From Octopus bimaculoides (taxonomy: Eukaryota): a DNA stretch of 64,000 bases. Under the pieces are notes generated by a model. That model saw only the letters and a program-made list of their open reading frames with translations. It was not told the DNA's origin and did not search any database. Position 1 is the first letter of the stretch; each line of letters opens with the position of its first letter. The position numbers were made by a program, and so were the translations under genes. Shown piece after piece: positions 49,821 to 64,000 of the stretch. The stretch covers positions 128,418,489 through 128,482,488 of the forward strand of contig NC_068981.1 in assembly GCF_001194135.2 (NCBI RefSeq), read 5' to 3'.

Positions 49821-52800
49821 TACAAGCCACTAAAAGTGCTATCAACCTAACAATATAGGAGTGAGGGTACTTTTGACTTGTTTTTCTCTCTAACCTGCAA
49901 TAATTTGAATTTAACATTAATTCTAGTAATCTCACTCAATCATAGCTTGCTTTCCATTCTACAACAGATTCAGCCTTTTAAGATTTAAGCCCAAATATTC
50001 TGTTTTATGTTCAAACCAGCCAGATCTGGCCCTAGAAGTTCATTCTAAAAATAAATAATCACATCATCAAAATTTTTGAAGGTATGAGATAATGCATAAG
50101 CAATTCAAAACCGTGTGAATAAATAAGCATTACATTTAACAGAATAATCGGAATGCTAAAGGGTTAAGATCTATAAGTAGTGCTCCTTCATAAGAAACTA
50201 AATAATAAATTAGTTTTGCACATGTTGTATTGCATGATATTACACACACACAAAGTGCCTGCATAAGACAATCACATGTGATGCCAGGTGATCAACTGAA
50301 CTGAAATTATTTCCCACTATAAACAAGATTCTACTAAAGTGAAATTCTTAAACGAATAGCTCTCACATGGAAAATAAGAAAGCTCTAGCGAAAATAAAAA
50401 TAACAACTTGATTGACATGGAAATTCAGAGGATTATTACAAAATTTCTAAAGAAGAGCCAGAGCAAAATGAATTAGTATCTATACTTCTTGGTTTTGAAA
50501 TTCTTAATATGATTTTAATGAAAGTTTTATATGTTAATTTTGTTTTACAATATTTATCTATAATAAATTGGATTAGTTAAAAGGTTTCAGTGATTGGAAA
50601 AGTTATTATTTCTGTAATGATGGTTTTAATGGATTGCATGCTCCAAGATTTTAGATTAGAATTTCAGAAAGATTTCTAAATAAGTACATATAAATTTACA
50701 ATTTTTTTTTTTTTAAATATAGACAAAATTTTGTTTTTTAGTTTTCAGAAATCACTTAAGAAACAAAAATATATTTTTTATGAAACAAAAATTGAAAGCA
50801 GTTATAAAAAAAAAATAGTAAATTAAAACTATTGATCAAGGGGAAGGAAATATTTGAATACAATTCCTGTGAGTATTCTACATATAGCCTAAGAATATCC
50901 ATTCAAACATATCTGGTCTATCATGCAACAGTTACATTAAATTTTAGGAAATTAGCATGAACACCATATGAGGTAACCAAAACTGTCATGAAATAAGTCA
51001 TCTTCACTAACCTATAGCAGAATGAAGTTCATATCAGCAACACAGAATATATAATTATATGGCAACAAGCAAACATTGTCTACCTTTATAGTAATGAGGT
51101 AATACTTTCTACGTGTACCTGATAACCTAAAGTATCAGGTTATCAGATAAAGTTTTCTACTTAACACACTGGTCATATGTCTAAAAAGGTGTAAAATTTA
51201 TTCAAATTTCAAAAGCAATAAACAAAAGTTGTAGAAGAAGAAGAGAACTATAAAAGACTATGAAACAATATAAAAAATATTGTTCATGCTGGTTCAAATA
51301 ACATTGGAAGGGATTAAAATAAACGGGGTAAAAAATATGAATGAATTTATCTGACATCTTAATAATTTTTTATTGAAACCAGTGTATGCATGGGATCTTA
51401 AAGATAGAGTTCTGGCAGTGATATGGGTTTTTATATGTAAAAATTACAAATGAGAGAGAGAGAGAGAGAGAGAGTGCATCATAATCATTTCATCCTTTTA
51501 ATGCCCACTTTCCAGTGCTAACATGAGTCAGACAGAACTTTGTGGTGGCAGATTTTTCTGTGGCTGGATGCTCTCTATGGTACCAACCCCCTCCCCCACC
51601 TGTTTTCAAGTAAGCTCATATTACTTCTAGCTCTTTGCAGAGCAAACAAGTCAATAGTCAGACACGCTTTAAAAGAAGATTTCAAGTAAATGACACCATT
51701 TGTTTAATGGTTTGCAATTAGGACACTCATGTCAGGACAAGAGGAAACACACACACAAACAACTGCATACATACATACACACACACATACATATATTCAT
51801 ACATATGCACAGGCATGGTTGTGTGGTAAGAAGCTCGCTTCCCAACCACATGGCTCTAGGTCCAATCCCACTCCATGGCACCTTGGGCAAGTGTCTTCAG
51901 CTATAGCACCAGGCCACCCAAAGCTTTGTGAGTGGATTTGGTAGATGGAAACAAAAAGATGCCTGTCACATGTGTGTGTGTGTGTGTCTTTGCGTCTGCC
52001 TCCCACCACCACCACCACCGCTTGACAACCAGTGTTGGTGTGTTTACATCCCTGTAACTTAGCAATTCAGCAAAAGATTGATAGAATAAATACCAGGATT
52101 AAAAAGAAAAAAAGAGTAAAAATAAAGCACTGGGGTAGATTCATTTGACAAAACTTCAAGGCGGTGCCCCAGCAGGCTACAGTCTAATGACAGAAACAAT
52201 AGATAGATAGATGGATGGATGGATGGACGGACAGACAGATGCATGCATATGTGAGAAAGAGAGAAAATATGATCGGCTTCTGGTTTCTGCCAAAAACACT
52301 TACTCATAAGACATTGGCTAACCTGCAGCTAAAGTACAAAACAAAAGCCAACAGCATTTATCCAGTGGTAATAAACCCAAAAATATGTAGTTCTGAAATG
52401 AACTTCTTATTGAAATGTGTTTGTATGTGAACCAATGAGGTAGGCCACTGTGTGGTGTCTACAACCTGCTAGAAATAGCACCAAAATTTTCCTTACACAC
52501 TTTCTACTGTTTCTAAATAAATACACTATAGTGAGAGTAATGTTACACATTACTCATCAAAGATTTCATTTAAAAAATTTTTGTAATAAATGTACAATGA
52601 ACATTTCTGATCATGAAATAGCTTTTTAATCTTAAATTTCTGTTTTGAAGGGCAAATATGGCTAAGAAATCAAGCAATAGATATGTTTTGTAGTTTAAGT
52701 GCTTGTAAACTAACATGGATCTTTATTGAATACATCTTAAATTATGGTGTTAGAATATATATATCTTCAGTTTCATTATCCTTCCAGTGTATTGTTGGTC

Positions 52801-53649
52801 ACTGAGGCTTGAAAACAATGAAATCATTAATTGACTTAGTCTTGCATAGAGCAACAATGATAATTCATCTGAAAGAAGTGCTCTAAAAGTGAAGACTGCA
52901 GAAGAGCAACCTTTTAATCATATCTTAGCGTCTACCACGAACACATAATTTGTAAGACGTATCTCCAGGCCTTCACTACAATAAGTACAACTAATGAAAG
53001 AAATATGAATACAAGCACATGGAAAATAAACATAGAAGCTGAGCGCTGAAAGCATTTCTCTGACTTATATTACAGAAACGGTGACTGATATGGCTACAGA
53101 TTTACATTGGATCTGCACTCTCTTAGTGACCAAATGAGCTAAATTTTAGCAGTGCCAATAGAAGTGAAGATATGTGTACTGAAATTGTATCTGAACAAAA
53201 GAGCAGGATTATTTATGGAATAGAGGAACATTCAAAAAAAAAAAAAAAGAACTTGTATAGAAAACTATTGTAAAAATCAAGCTGGCTTAGCCTTCAAGTT
53301 TTCATCTATTGCTTTGTAAAACCATACCTTTGCTCACCATCAAGTGAATGTAAAATAATGGTGAAGTAGTGTGGGGAGTCATTTAGGGAAGAGGAAGTGA
53401 AATGTTGGTGAAAGAGCAATGGTGAGGTGTTTGTGAAGTGATAGTAGGTGAGAGAAAATGGTATGTAATGGTGGAGTGTTAGTGAGAGAAGAAAGTATGA
53501 TGGTGAGTGGTGGTGGGGGTGTTAGTGAGAAAGTGAGGTGTTAAAGAGCAAAGGTCTATGAAAATAATGTTGAATGAGAGTCAGGTGTTTGCTGTCATTG
53601 TGAAGCTATATGTCATGCATGTTGTCAGCTGAGTGATGAAGTGTAAATC

Positions 53650-55700
53650 TACAGATTCAAATTCCCAGTTATATAATGCCACTATTTAGCTGAAATTCAT
53701 ACTACACATTCCAACATACTATAATTAAACACAAGTGGTGCAGAATGACATGCAGGACACACTGCACTCTCTCCTCTATTCGATTTATTCCTGTTCACCT
53801 ACAGATTCTGGTGGTGACCAAAGCAGAGGCAGACGCATATTGATTCAGTCAAAAATTGAGAATTGCTACTTATCTGTACTTATTGCTAGTGGTATACATC
53901 CCAGCATATTTGATGTTTCCAGCTATATCTGTGTATATGTTCCTTATGGTTGTGAAAGATAGTGTTTTTAAAATAATATTATAGTAATGTTCAGGGGCAT
54001 TGCATATGTCTGGGTGATTTTTATTTTCATATAGTGACAAGGACTGTGGGGATTTCAGCTTGCTGCAACAACAAATTCTGCTCCTAGCACATCAAAGGGA
54101 TCTTTTGTTTTCACTGTCTTTGTTTCATTGTGTTAGTGGACTGTGTAAAACCTGATAAGATGCATAGTGAGCTGCTCTCTGTTCTTTATAGTTTATTGTA
54201 GTTTGGTGTGAAATGATTGGAGGCTCAGGTAAGACTGGCATAGTCCATGATGTATTTAATGTAATGTTTGAATGCAAGTGCAGCTACTCCTTTGTTGGCC
54301 AATGTGCATCACATTGTGTTTTTTTTTACTGCATTTTCAATTATTGTATTGTGTAGGAATTATATGTAACACCAGCATTTTTTAATCTTTTGCACGTGTG
54401 CATGTTTATATTGTTAAGTATCAGGGCTGGTTGTATTTTGTGTCCTCTGGTGTTGCTGGTAAGAAAGAGACAGCAGATTTGGAATATAAATGTATACTTA
54501 AAATATTGTTGTGGAGCTAAGTTTTTTTTTTGGAGATCTAAATAGAGTTGGGATAAGCTGTGTGACAGTGCCTGGAGAATAGTGGGAGGCTATGAGTGTG
54601 ATGTCTGGGGAGCAGTGGGAGGCATATGAAGATGTCTGTATGTTTTGTGGAGGTGTAGGAAGGTTATGTAGTTACAGATTGAAAAAAACGATAATATATT
54701 TCTGGTACTCTATTTGATGATAATATATTTCTGATACTCTATTTGAAAAATTGCAGGTTTCAAAAGAGTAATTCTTGTACTTTAAATAGACTTGGTAGAC
54801 TGATGTGTGGTTAGCTAGCTATAATTTTATGCTGTTTCTTAAGTTGGCATTGAGTAGGTTTTGTATGAGTGGAAAGCAGAGAATAGAGTCAAAAGTGTTG
54901 CTGAGATCAATGGTCCTTAAAATAGTACATGTGAGAGGGGTTTTTGTTGTTAAAGCCATTTTACCCCTTACATTATTTTTTGTGAGTAGTGTAGTGGCTG
55001 AGTGTAGTGGTTTCAATTTGTGTTGTGATTTGGAGAGATGTGTGTTTTGTTGATATCAAAGATTAGCATTAATAGACATTTTGAGTGTGCATAAGAGGGT
55101 AGTGAGTCTGTATGATGTCACATCACTTGGACTTTTGTTGAGCTTTAAAATTATAATTTTATCCAGCTCCTGGATTAAAGGTATCTAACTGTATTAGTAT
55201 TAGTAAACATAGATATTATTGAGCATTTCTCATGTTTTAGGTAGGCATTTGTGATTTTGTCTGGTAGCAGGGTTTCTGAGTTTTAAAAATTTCCTTATTG
55301 AATTTCGAGTGTTTGATGGAAAAAAGGGATCAAAATCATGATGCATATTTTTTGGTTTATGTTTCTGTCTTCTTTGTGTGGGTTTCAGCAGTTGATTTTT
55401 TTTTATTAAATGTCTGAGAGCGTTGCTTGGTATTTCAGAGTGGGTATATTATTGTAGTTCATTAATGTAAAATGAGGTATGCTGTGACCATTACTGTTAT
55501 AGCTGATGCTATTAATAACTTTATATAGGGTTTTGACTGCAAGTTTTGGTTTTGGTTGTATCCAACTTAAACTAAAAAAATATAATTGTGTTATTGACTG
55601 TATGTACTGCAGTGTCTATAATGGTGATTGTGACATTGTAGCAAAAGTCACTATAAAAAAAGGCCACTCAACTATATTGGTATTACTGACAGAGACACTC
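53650..55700 (-). mobile_element. Degenerate non-LTR retrotransposon ORF2 (RT + C-terminal Cys/His knuckle)
   Basis: Minus-strand fragments PDKITNAYLKH, ILKLNKSPSDVTSYR, SQHKLKPLHSATTLLT..TIDLSNTFDSI..LIQNLLNANL, and GHHQNL..AVCPACHSAP. Clade uncertain; boundaries approximate. Confidence 0.7.
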
Positions 55701-56749
55701 AATATGAAATTGAGAACCTACTAAGATAAAGATTCCTAGTACAGAGTAGTGTAATGTACCCTGGCTGCTGCCACTTGAAGGAAAAAGTGATATTGTTGAA
55801 TTCTAGAAACCTTGAGTCTATTTCTTGAGGTAACTTATTCCATTGTTCTTTAAATGTTTGTAAAAGTACTTTACTTCATTGACATGCAAATGCATTATGG
55901 TGATAATTGGTTGGAAAGTAAGGAAATTGTCTCTCAAGTTACAATGGTGACTAGGTATGGAGAACAGAAGCTGCTTTCTGGCCAGGCCTGTCATCAGACA
56001 GACTATCAGCTAATAGCAAATGATGCAGATTTTCATTACCTTACAGAGATTACAGCAACTTTCTCGTAATTACAACCTATAATAATGGTTCAACAGGAAA
56101 ACTTAAGAAAAAAAAACTAAACCCATGAATCATTTATATCATCAACAACAATTATAACTCTCTGGATACATTATTTGGAATAGGCAATAACAAAAAGTGG
56201 AGTGAAGAGGACATTTGAACATCTGTACTAACCAATAATGTCGGGATATGACTCATGAAGAAATAAATTAAGTACAAAATTCAATGGTAAATTCTAACTA
56301 GCAGAAACAATCTGAGAAGATGTGGGCTACGGAACGTATTTCACTTCAGTCAGAGCACACAATTCGAGTATTGAGCAAAGTCATAAATTTAAAGAGGAAA
56401 AATCCAGAATAGACTGAAGGAATTTTACTCCATACAATGGTCCATAATGTAAATAATACTTGCTGGAATTTAATAAATCCTAACCTGAACAAAATAGAAA
56501 AAAAATAAGAACACAAACTCCTTTGTTTAGGGAGGGAGTTTTGTGTATACTGGAAACTGCTTTTTGTGCAAATAATACCCTCCAAGAGATCCAAGAGTAA
56601 TGAGAATGGTGTGAATTGAATATCTTCCATTCTTTGATTTACTGGAATCTCTTTCAATCCTTGTTTTATAGCAATGCATACAGCACAAGTTACTGCTTTG
56701 TATTCCATTTAATACCTTTCATATCTTGTATAATAGCCAACATGATTTA

Positions 56750-57300
56750 GTACAGTTGATGACATGTTAATAAAATATTTAAGGCATAAATATATCTAAA
56801 ATAGAGAAAAATATCCATAAATAAATCAGAAATAAAATACAATGCAGCCATTAATAACAGCAAATTAAGTAAACCATCTGCTTCTGCAACAATTTTCCTG
56901 ATATTTTTCTCATATTCCTGACATGTTATTTCCGTATAAGCAAGTACGTGTGTTTGTGTGTCTGTGTGTGTGTGTGTTGTGTGTGTGATTGTGCATATAT
57001 GAGTGAGTGTGCATGTGTATGTGTTGTCTTTATGTGCATTTGTACAGCTTATAGTTTTAAATATTCCAACTTCATTAAAAACATCTGAAGTAGTAGCCAT
57101 GTATAGTTTAACATCATCAATAAACAACATTTAGGTCTTGCATATGTATTCAGTATTCTATACCACAACTTCTTGTTTAATTTATGTATGCATATACCAA
57201 TATATATAGAATGTAATTACTGTTCATATCAAGGAAACAATAATGAACTTCACCCTCTCTGGCCATGAAATAACAAACAATTGACACAGTTACACTACAA
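56750..57300 (-). mobile_element. Possible RT remnant of an R4/Dong-like LINE
   Basis: MLFIDDVKLY resembles the LLFMDDLKLY RT motif. The rest is too decayed to confirm. Confidence 0.35.
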
Positions 57301-58544
57301 ATCCTAGACCTTAAAATCTTCAATTATTTTTCCTAGTAGCCCCAACAAACAAAATTAGCTAAAATTACATTCTAGAAACTAGTTTTCAGCTTCAAAGCCA
57401 GAAAATACTTCAGCTCTTATCATTGTGTTGACCTTTCTACAATGGTCAAACACTGCTTGTGTATATTTAGAACAGTGCTGATGCTATACACACATACATA
57501 CCAGAGCACATCCAAAAGAAAGCTATCTGACTCTCTCTAACTACTCTCTAGCTACTACCATATTCTCTGCACCTCTAAACTAGTTAAGTACCAGATCCAC
57601 CTGGAACATCCATCTCTTCCCCTCTGGTCATACCAACAGGCCAAAGCCATGTGAGTGAATTTGGTAGACGAAAATTGTGTCTGTGTGTGTGAATGTGGGT
57701 GTATGTAAGTGAGTGTTTGTGTCTCCTCATGCTGATATCACATGATTATCATAAATGAATATCATTCCTTTCTAATATTCTAAGAAAACATGCCTGCTGG
57801 CAATGAGGAAATATTCACAATATTAAGTATGAAAGAGGCATTATGGGTAAATAGTCAAGAGTCTGGGTTACTCATCATCTATGATTTTATTCTTACTAGA
57901 TCATAGCTTCTAGTTCACAAGGGAGTGTAGAGCAAGCAATCTTACCTAAGACAATGATTTAAGTTCTGCATATAAAAGTTCATGTAAAAGTCAGATACGA
58001 AGCAAATCAAGAGATAGATAATGTCAAGCATGAAAAATATAGAACTATCATAGGAAAAGGTCAAAACACTTCATGATAAATAACTAGTGGCATTAATGAA
58101 GTTATAAGCAATGAGGAATAGAAAATTGTGATATTTTCCCTTTCATTGGGATATTTTTCCTTTCATAAGTTACCACATTTTCCTTAAGAACAGAATCCAA
58201 AAAATAAATTCTAGTTCCCAATAATTTACCACAGGACTGATGCAAACTAAATGGTAACACTGATTTCCCTTTAAATAAGGCCAGTTTTTAATGGGCTGAG
58301 AACATTTTTCCCATCCTGTTAAACTGATGCCAGCAGTATTTTGAACTCGGAAGTTTAAGATAGCAACTTACTTTTTGTAAGGAGTTTAAGACAGCAATTT
58401 ACTCCTTAGGAAACTTTAACTTCCAATTTAGTAGTATTAATAAATAGTAGTTGAAATAGTTGTTATGAAAGCAATCTATATTAGACAAGGTTTCAAAATG
58501 TAAAGTGTCAACTTGGATAGGTTACATAAAAGTGAACATCTTTC

Positions 58545-59660
58545 ATCATCATCATCATCATCATCGTTTAACGTCCGCTTTCCATGCTAGCATGGGTTGG
58601 ACGATTTGACTGAGGACTGGTGAAACCGGATGGCAACACCAGGCTCCAGTCTGATTTGGCAGAGTTTCTACAGCTGGATGCCCTTCCTAACGCCAACCAC
58701 TCAGAGAGTGTAGTGGGTGCTTTTACGTGTCACCCGCACGAAAACGGCCACGCTCGAAATGGTGTCTTTTATGTGCCACCCGCACAAGNNNNNNNNNNNN
58801 NNNNNNNNNNNNNNNNNNNNNNNNNNNNNNNNNNNNNNNNNNNNNNNNNNNNNNNNNNNNNNNNNNNNNNNNNNNNNNNNNNNNNNNNNNNNNNNNNNNN
58901 NNNNNNNNNNNNNNNNNNNNNNNNNNNNNNNNNNNNNNNNNNNNNNNNNNNNNNNNNNNNNNNNNNNNNNNNNNNNNNNNNNNNNNNNNNNNNNNNNNNN
59001 NNNNNNNNNNNNNNNNNNNNNNNNNNNNNNNNNNNNNNNNNNNNNNNNNNNNNNNNNNNNNNNNNNNNNNNNNNNNNNNNNNNNNNNNNNNNNNNNNNNN
59101 NNNNNNNNNNNNNNNNNNNNNNNNNNNNNNNNNNNNNNNNNNNNNNNNNNNNNNNNNNNNNNNNNNNNNNNNNNNNNNNNNNNNNNNNNNNNNNNNNNNN
59201 NNNNNNNNNNNNNNNNNNNNNNNNNNNNNNNNNNNNNNNNNNNNNNNNNNNNNNNNNNNNNNNNNNNNNNNNNNNNNNNNNNNNNNNNNNNNNNNNNNNN
59301 NNNNNNNNNNNNNNNNNNNNNNNNNNNNNNNNNNNNNNNNNNNNNCGTCATACAGTCTGCCTTTTACTCTGAGTGAGAGTCCCTTTGTCGCCAGCAGGGG
59401 TAAGAGCTCTCTAAACTTTGCCCAGGCTATTCTTATTCTAGCAGCTACACTTTCAGCGCACCCACCCCCACTACTAACTTGGTCGCCCAGATAGCGGAAG
59501 CTATCGACTACCTCTAGTTTTTCACCCTGGAATGAGATAGAAGTTGTTTCCTGTTTGTTTGCAGTCTTTATTGCACCTGAACATCTGCCACAAACAAAAA
59601 CTAACTTGCTAGTTAACCTGCCTTTGATGTTGCTGCACCTCTTATGTGTCCATATGATAT
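58545..59660 (-). mobile_element. RTE LINE spanning an assembly gap
   Basis: Encodes FVCGRCSGAI..QGEKLEVVDSFRYLGDQVSSGGGCAESVAARIRIAWAKFRELLPLLATKGLSLRVKGRLYD before the gap. A little-diverged 3' UTR and (GAT)n tail follow it. Confidence 0.9.
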
Positions 59661-62600
59661 TCAGTGAAATAGTAGTAAGTAAAAGTAAGGTTAGATTATC
59701 TATTGTGAAAAAAATGCTCATAATGCTTTAAAAATAATATTTTTCATCAACATCATAAGATTTTAGAAAGTTTGAGAGATGTGTAATAATTCTTTTTCAG
59801 AACAGTGAAACTCAAAGCAGATAAAGCTATAAATAACAAACAATAGCTAAATATTGGATAAAAAAAAAAAACCCTTTGAATAGAAATATGTATAGAAGAC
59901 ATGAGTTTATGCCCCACAGGCAGCCTTCAACTTTTTCTATCCAAAGGGCTTCTAAGCCCAATATTTAAGTATTATTGCTTATAGCTTTATTTGCCTCAAG
60001 TTTCACTGTTCCAAAAAATGTTATTTTTCATGTTATGATAATACTGTCTTCTCACTTTGATATAGTGGAATGAAAGTTATCCTTTTGATCAGAAGAGAAA
60101 ATTAATTAACAACGAATATTGTGCAAGCTGTAGAATAGCACTCACACCCTCAAGTCATCACTTGCAATGATTTATGCTCCAAGTTCTTAATTCTTTATAT
60201 TTACACTAATAGCAAAACTGCTAAAAGAATTCTCATTTTTTTTTTTTTTGTTACATTATTGTTTGTTTTTTTTTTATAATATTTTACATTTAAACTTCCT
60301 AAAACTATTGATATTTACTTGTCTTATAACAAGCACTCTAAGATGTATGCATCTAGAAAACCAAGTTAAATACATTTTGATTAACTGAAAGCACTCATAT
60401 CTTTGGAAAAAGAAGGAAGATTATCTTCTCATTCAACTCTTCTCTACAGATTTGTAGCCTTGTTTGGAATTAGTAGGATTATAATTTTGAACATGAGACC
60501 ACCATCATCATTATTTTACATCGACTTTAGTTCAATAAGGTCTATCAAGTTTGAGAACCAAGTCATATTCCAACATCTCAGTTTTGGCATGGTTTGTATT
60601 GGTGGATGCCCTTCCAGACACCAACCACTTTACAGAGCATAATGGGTGCATGTTTTGTGGTACCAGCATTAGAGAGGTTGTCCTTTGTTTGGTAAGACTA
60701 AAGACCCTCTCAAGCCCTGTGTTGTTACTGCTCAATTTGATTGACAAGGTAATAGACAAGGTAATAGAGAAAGGAAAGAGTAGTGTCAGGCACTAGTAAA
60801 AAAGAGAGACAATGTGGTAAGGATAATGTGGCTTTGTTGTGTAAGGGTGATGAGGTGGATTGAGCAGTATGGCATGCATGCATACATACATATATTATAT
60901 CATATGCAGGCATGGCTGTATAAGGTAGAAGCTTGCTTCAAAACCATGTGGTCATGGGCTCAGTTCCACTGTGCAGCACTTTGAGCAATAATCTTCCGCT
61001 CTATCTTCAGGCAAACAAAGGCATTGTGAGTGGATTTTGTAAATAGAAAGTGAAAAAAGCTTGTAGTGTACTCTTTTACTTGTTTGTCATTTGACTGCAG
61101 CCATGCTGGAGCACTGCTATGAAGGTTTTTTAGTCAAACAAATTGACCCCAGGACTTTTTCTGTCTACTAAATCCACTCACAAGGCTTAGGTTAACCCGA
61201 GGCTATAGAAAAAGACATTTGCCCAAGGTGCCACACAGTGAGACTGAACCCAGAACCAGGTGGTTGAGAAGCAAGTTTCTTACCACACAGTCACGCCTAT
61301 GTGTGAGTGTGTGTTTTTCCCCCATTACTCAATTTGCCAAGTTAGACCCTGCTCACTGGGTTCTCTTCACTGAGGATCCAGCTCGGTTGATGGCTCGTGT
61401 TGGTCAACTACATGTCACATGTCACAGCAGATAAAGAGGTACATCGTGGAGATGAAGACTCTGCTGAGGACTGGGACTCTGCTCAACAGGTCACCCAGGG
61501 GGACCCAGAAATATACTGACAAATGATGACTGCAGCAATGCACTGTAACAGAGCTTGTCCCCACACCTGATTTGACGGCTTGTCAACCAGTGTTGGTTTG
61601 TTTACACACTTGTAACTTAGTGGTTAAGCAAAAAAGCATCCAATAGAATAAGTACCAGGCTTTAAAAAAAGGTACTGGGGTTGATTTGCTTCAAGGTACT
61701 TCCTCAGTACTGAAACAAGTAAAAGATAAGATATCTATATATATTATCACTATCAACAGTGAATAGTCTAAAAAAATTATAATTTCATTTACATCTCAAC
61801 ACTTAAGTTAAGAATTAATATCTTTCTTTTACTTAAGCATTAAGCATTGATTCAACCATTAACTTCAGCTTTTGTAACACTATCTCCATAAATCAAGTTG
61901 AACATTAACAGTCGAGGCAGGCACGATTTACTGATTTCTGTCAATAAATTCTCCCTTATGAGCCACATTTCTAGTTACATACCCATAAACATACACTTTC
62001 CCAGTTATAAAAATAACAACAATGACTACAAATAAAGTCTAACATTTGCCTATTCTTCTACAAAATTTAAGCCTTTTAGATTTAGACCTCTGTGTCTAAC
62101 TTTATGCTCCACCTGGCTCCCAAGCAAAACAATAAATAGTTGCATATACAGCTTAAGAGTAATGATTGCAGGCAAACTAATAGACAGAATTGGCTACATC
62201 TTCTTTTTCTGTTTGTTGTTCATTACCACTTTACCAGGAATCTGGCAGAGATGATGTTTAACCTATTCCTGCTATAGTGGGAATACAGCGTGACAGGATT
62301 AAATTTATAAGTGTTTGATACCAGCACAACTGGGATTTCAAATTAGACACAGTCTAAAGTGAAAGACCATTGCTGTAAATGTTTTGGAGGTATCACAATA
62401 GATAATTGAATGAGTGGGGGGAAAAAATCATGATTTTGTATCTTGTATCATAAAAAGCAATGAATGTTTCATGCCTCCATTTACATAGCAATAGATAAAA
62501 ATGAAAGTGAATAAGTTCATAATGGAATGTGAACTAATTGGCATTAGTGTGAAATTTGGCAGTTTAGTGTTGGAATTCAATATTCACTTCACAAACAACA

Positions 62601-64000
62601 ACTGTTTCTTAACAGCAGGGGAAGAATTATGGAGTTGTGGTGTTCATATTTTTCATAAGAGTAACAACACAAGTGAAGTGAGTTAGCTTCAACAGAGAAG
62701 TAAAATCTATTCCCCAAATATTATTCATGATACGATAAACATTTAAATTTAATATTAACAGCTAAAATTAATTTGAAATTAAATCTGATGACATCAAATA
62801 TTTTTTTTTCATTTAATTAAAGATGAGGAAATGATTAAGTGGAACCAGAAATGGAGTCATGTTGTTTTTAGCACAATAACGAGATTTATTATGTCTCAGA
62901 TTCCTGTACTTTTAGCGATAGCAATAGTAATGGTAGTTCATGTTGCTTTTCTAAAATCTCTTCGAAACAGGTTAAAATTTTTTTTTTTAATTCAGTAAAA
63001 AATAAAAATTAGTAATAGATCAATAAAATATCACTGCTATTTTTTTTTTCATTTTCACTTCCTCCATATAACCCAAATTTCCATCATGCACTTAACTGCA
63101 TTTTAACATTTGACAGCTTGAGGCAACTTTCACTAGGTGGTTTGTAATAGATAATCATGTTTAACACCACATCTTAACAGTTTTTGTCACTTGGGGTCTT
63201 TCTTACTGTCCTTTTCCATGATCAACATTTTATGGTCAGAGAATGTCTAAATGTAAAGTAAATGCAGCTGCTTAAGTCCTTGTCTGCTCTCCTAACAAAG
63301 ATTCTACCAAATAAAATCAGTTTTTTTCCCCATAATTTCTTCAGTGGATAGAAGTCTCAATTACAAGGAAACAAGAGTCTAAACATGTCATTAAGTTCAA
63401 AGGGGTCTGGGATTGCTTGAAATTTCTTTCACATTAACAAAGAATTCCAGTATATATTTTTCCTAAAGACAAATTACCTTTAAAATATCATTTCTTGAAA
63501 AACCTCAATATTACTGGAGAGATGATGATTATTCTTTAAGAAACTTGACTGACTCTCAATGATTGTTAGATTCTTCTTTGTTTAAATTATGGAATAACCT
63601 GATCTTATTTTGAAAGAATCTTCCTATATGTGTATATATGCGTGTATATATATGTGTGTGTGTGTGTGTGTATATTTATACATACAAGTCAGTAAGTAGT
63701 GGGGTTGTGTTAACCGCACGTGGAGAAATAATAGGAAAATGAAAAATAATAAGGCAGAATGCTAAACTGAAAGCATATTTTAATATAGATTTCTAACCGG
63801 CTTTCGTTGCATGGCAAATTTTCAAGAAGAGGGAGAATGAAAATGTTTTTTATAAAAGAGTAAAAAATAATATATAAAAAAAAATAATATATAAAAAAAT
63901 AAATATACCAATACATTATATTGTCTTTGAGCTTTTAAAGTTCAATGGTAATCCATGTAGATAATAGTTGGAAAAATAAGGATGCATGAAATTGAGAGTT

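Noticed and set aside
55854-56069. 71-aa plus-strand ORF with plausible composition
   Set aside because: No recognisable motif or splice framework, and it lies between decayed LINE remnants.

Overview
AT-rich, repeat-dense animal genomic DNA with six assembly gaps. The repeat families suggest an octopus/coleoid genome (inference, not verified). One protein-coding gene is supported: a NECAB-family gene (N-terminal EF-hand calcium-binding protein) on the minus strand. I reconstructed six internal coding exons with GT-AG boundaries and matching phases: 43179-43203, 23157-23265, 13657-13780, 6968-7104, 2835-2977 and 1254-1333. They join into one open frame, VFRRADRNDDGAISWTEFLGFFADGVMGKEELKALFDEIDTHNTNNIDTEELCAYFSLHLGAFKDIYAVLDDLNSNMTSVLFSTSQTYKDSSRKEQFVTRFLLHEILNQFTAVQRAMENASDALDEQAREQNEDIVPVMMDTPSKVVNTAIVPGRVARRARRQMSMPNPSSSSNVTETEFGGNVSQTTLSTQLYRLSSLVDRLENR. 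The first coding exon and the C-terminal ABM-domain exons were not found; they are probably outside the window or in a gap. The rest is intron, filled with decayed RTE, CR1/L2-like and other LINEs, Penelope-like elements, mariner/Tc1/maT/Tigger/hAT remnants, MITEs, tRNA-derived SINEs and microsatellites. Most ORFs in the supplied track are spurious. The most unusual signals are: (1) a long palindrome carrying a hammerhead-ribozyme-like motif with a swapped G3:C8 core pair; (2) a Penelope element with inverted terminal arms, a degenerate hammerhead and an internal tRNA-like cassette; (3) a 130-bp inverted copy of a Tc1 remnant bracketing an EF-hand exon. I found no convincing new multi-gene system.
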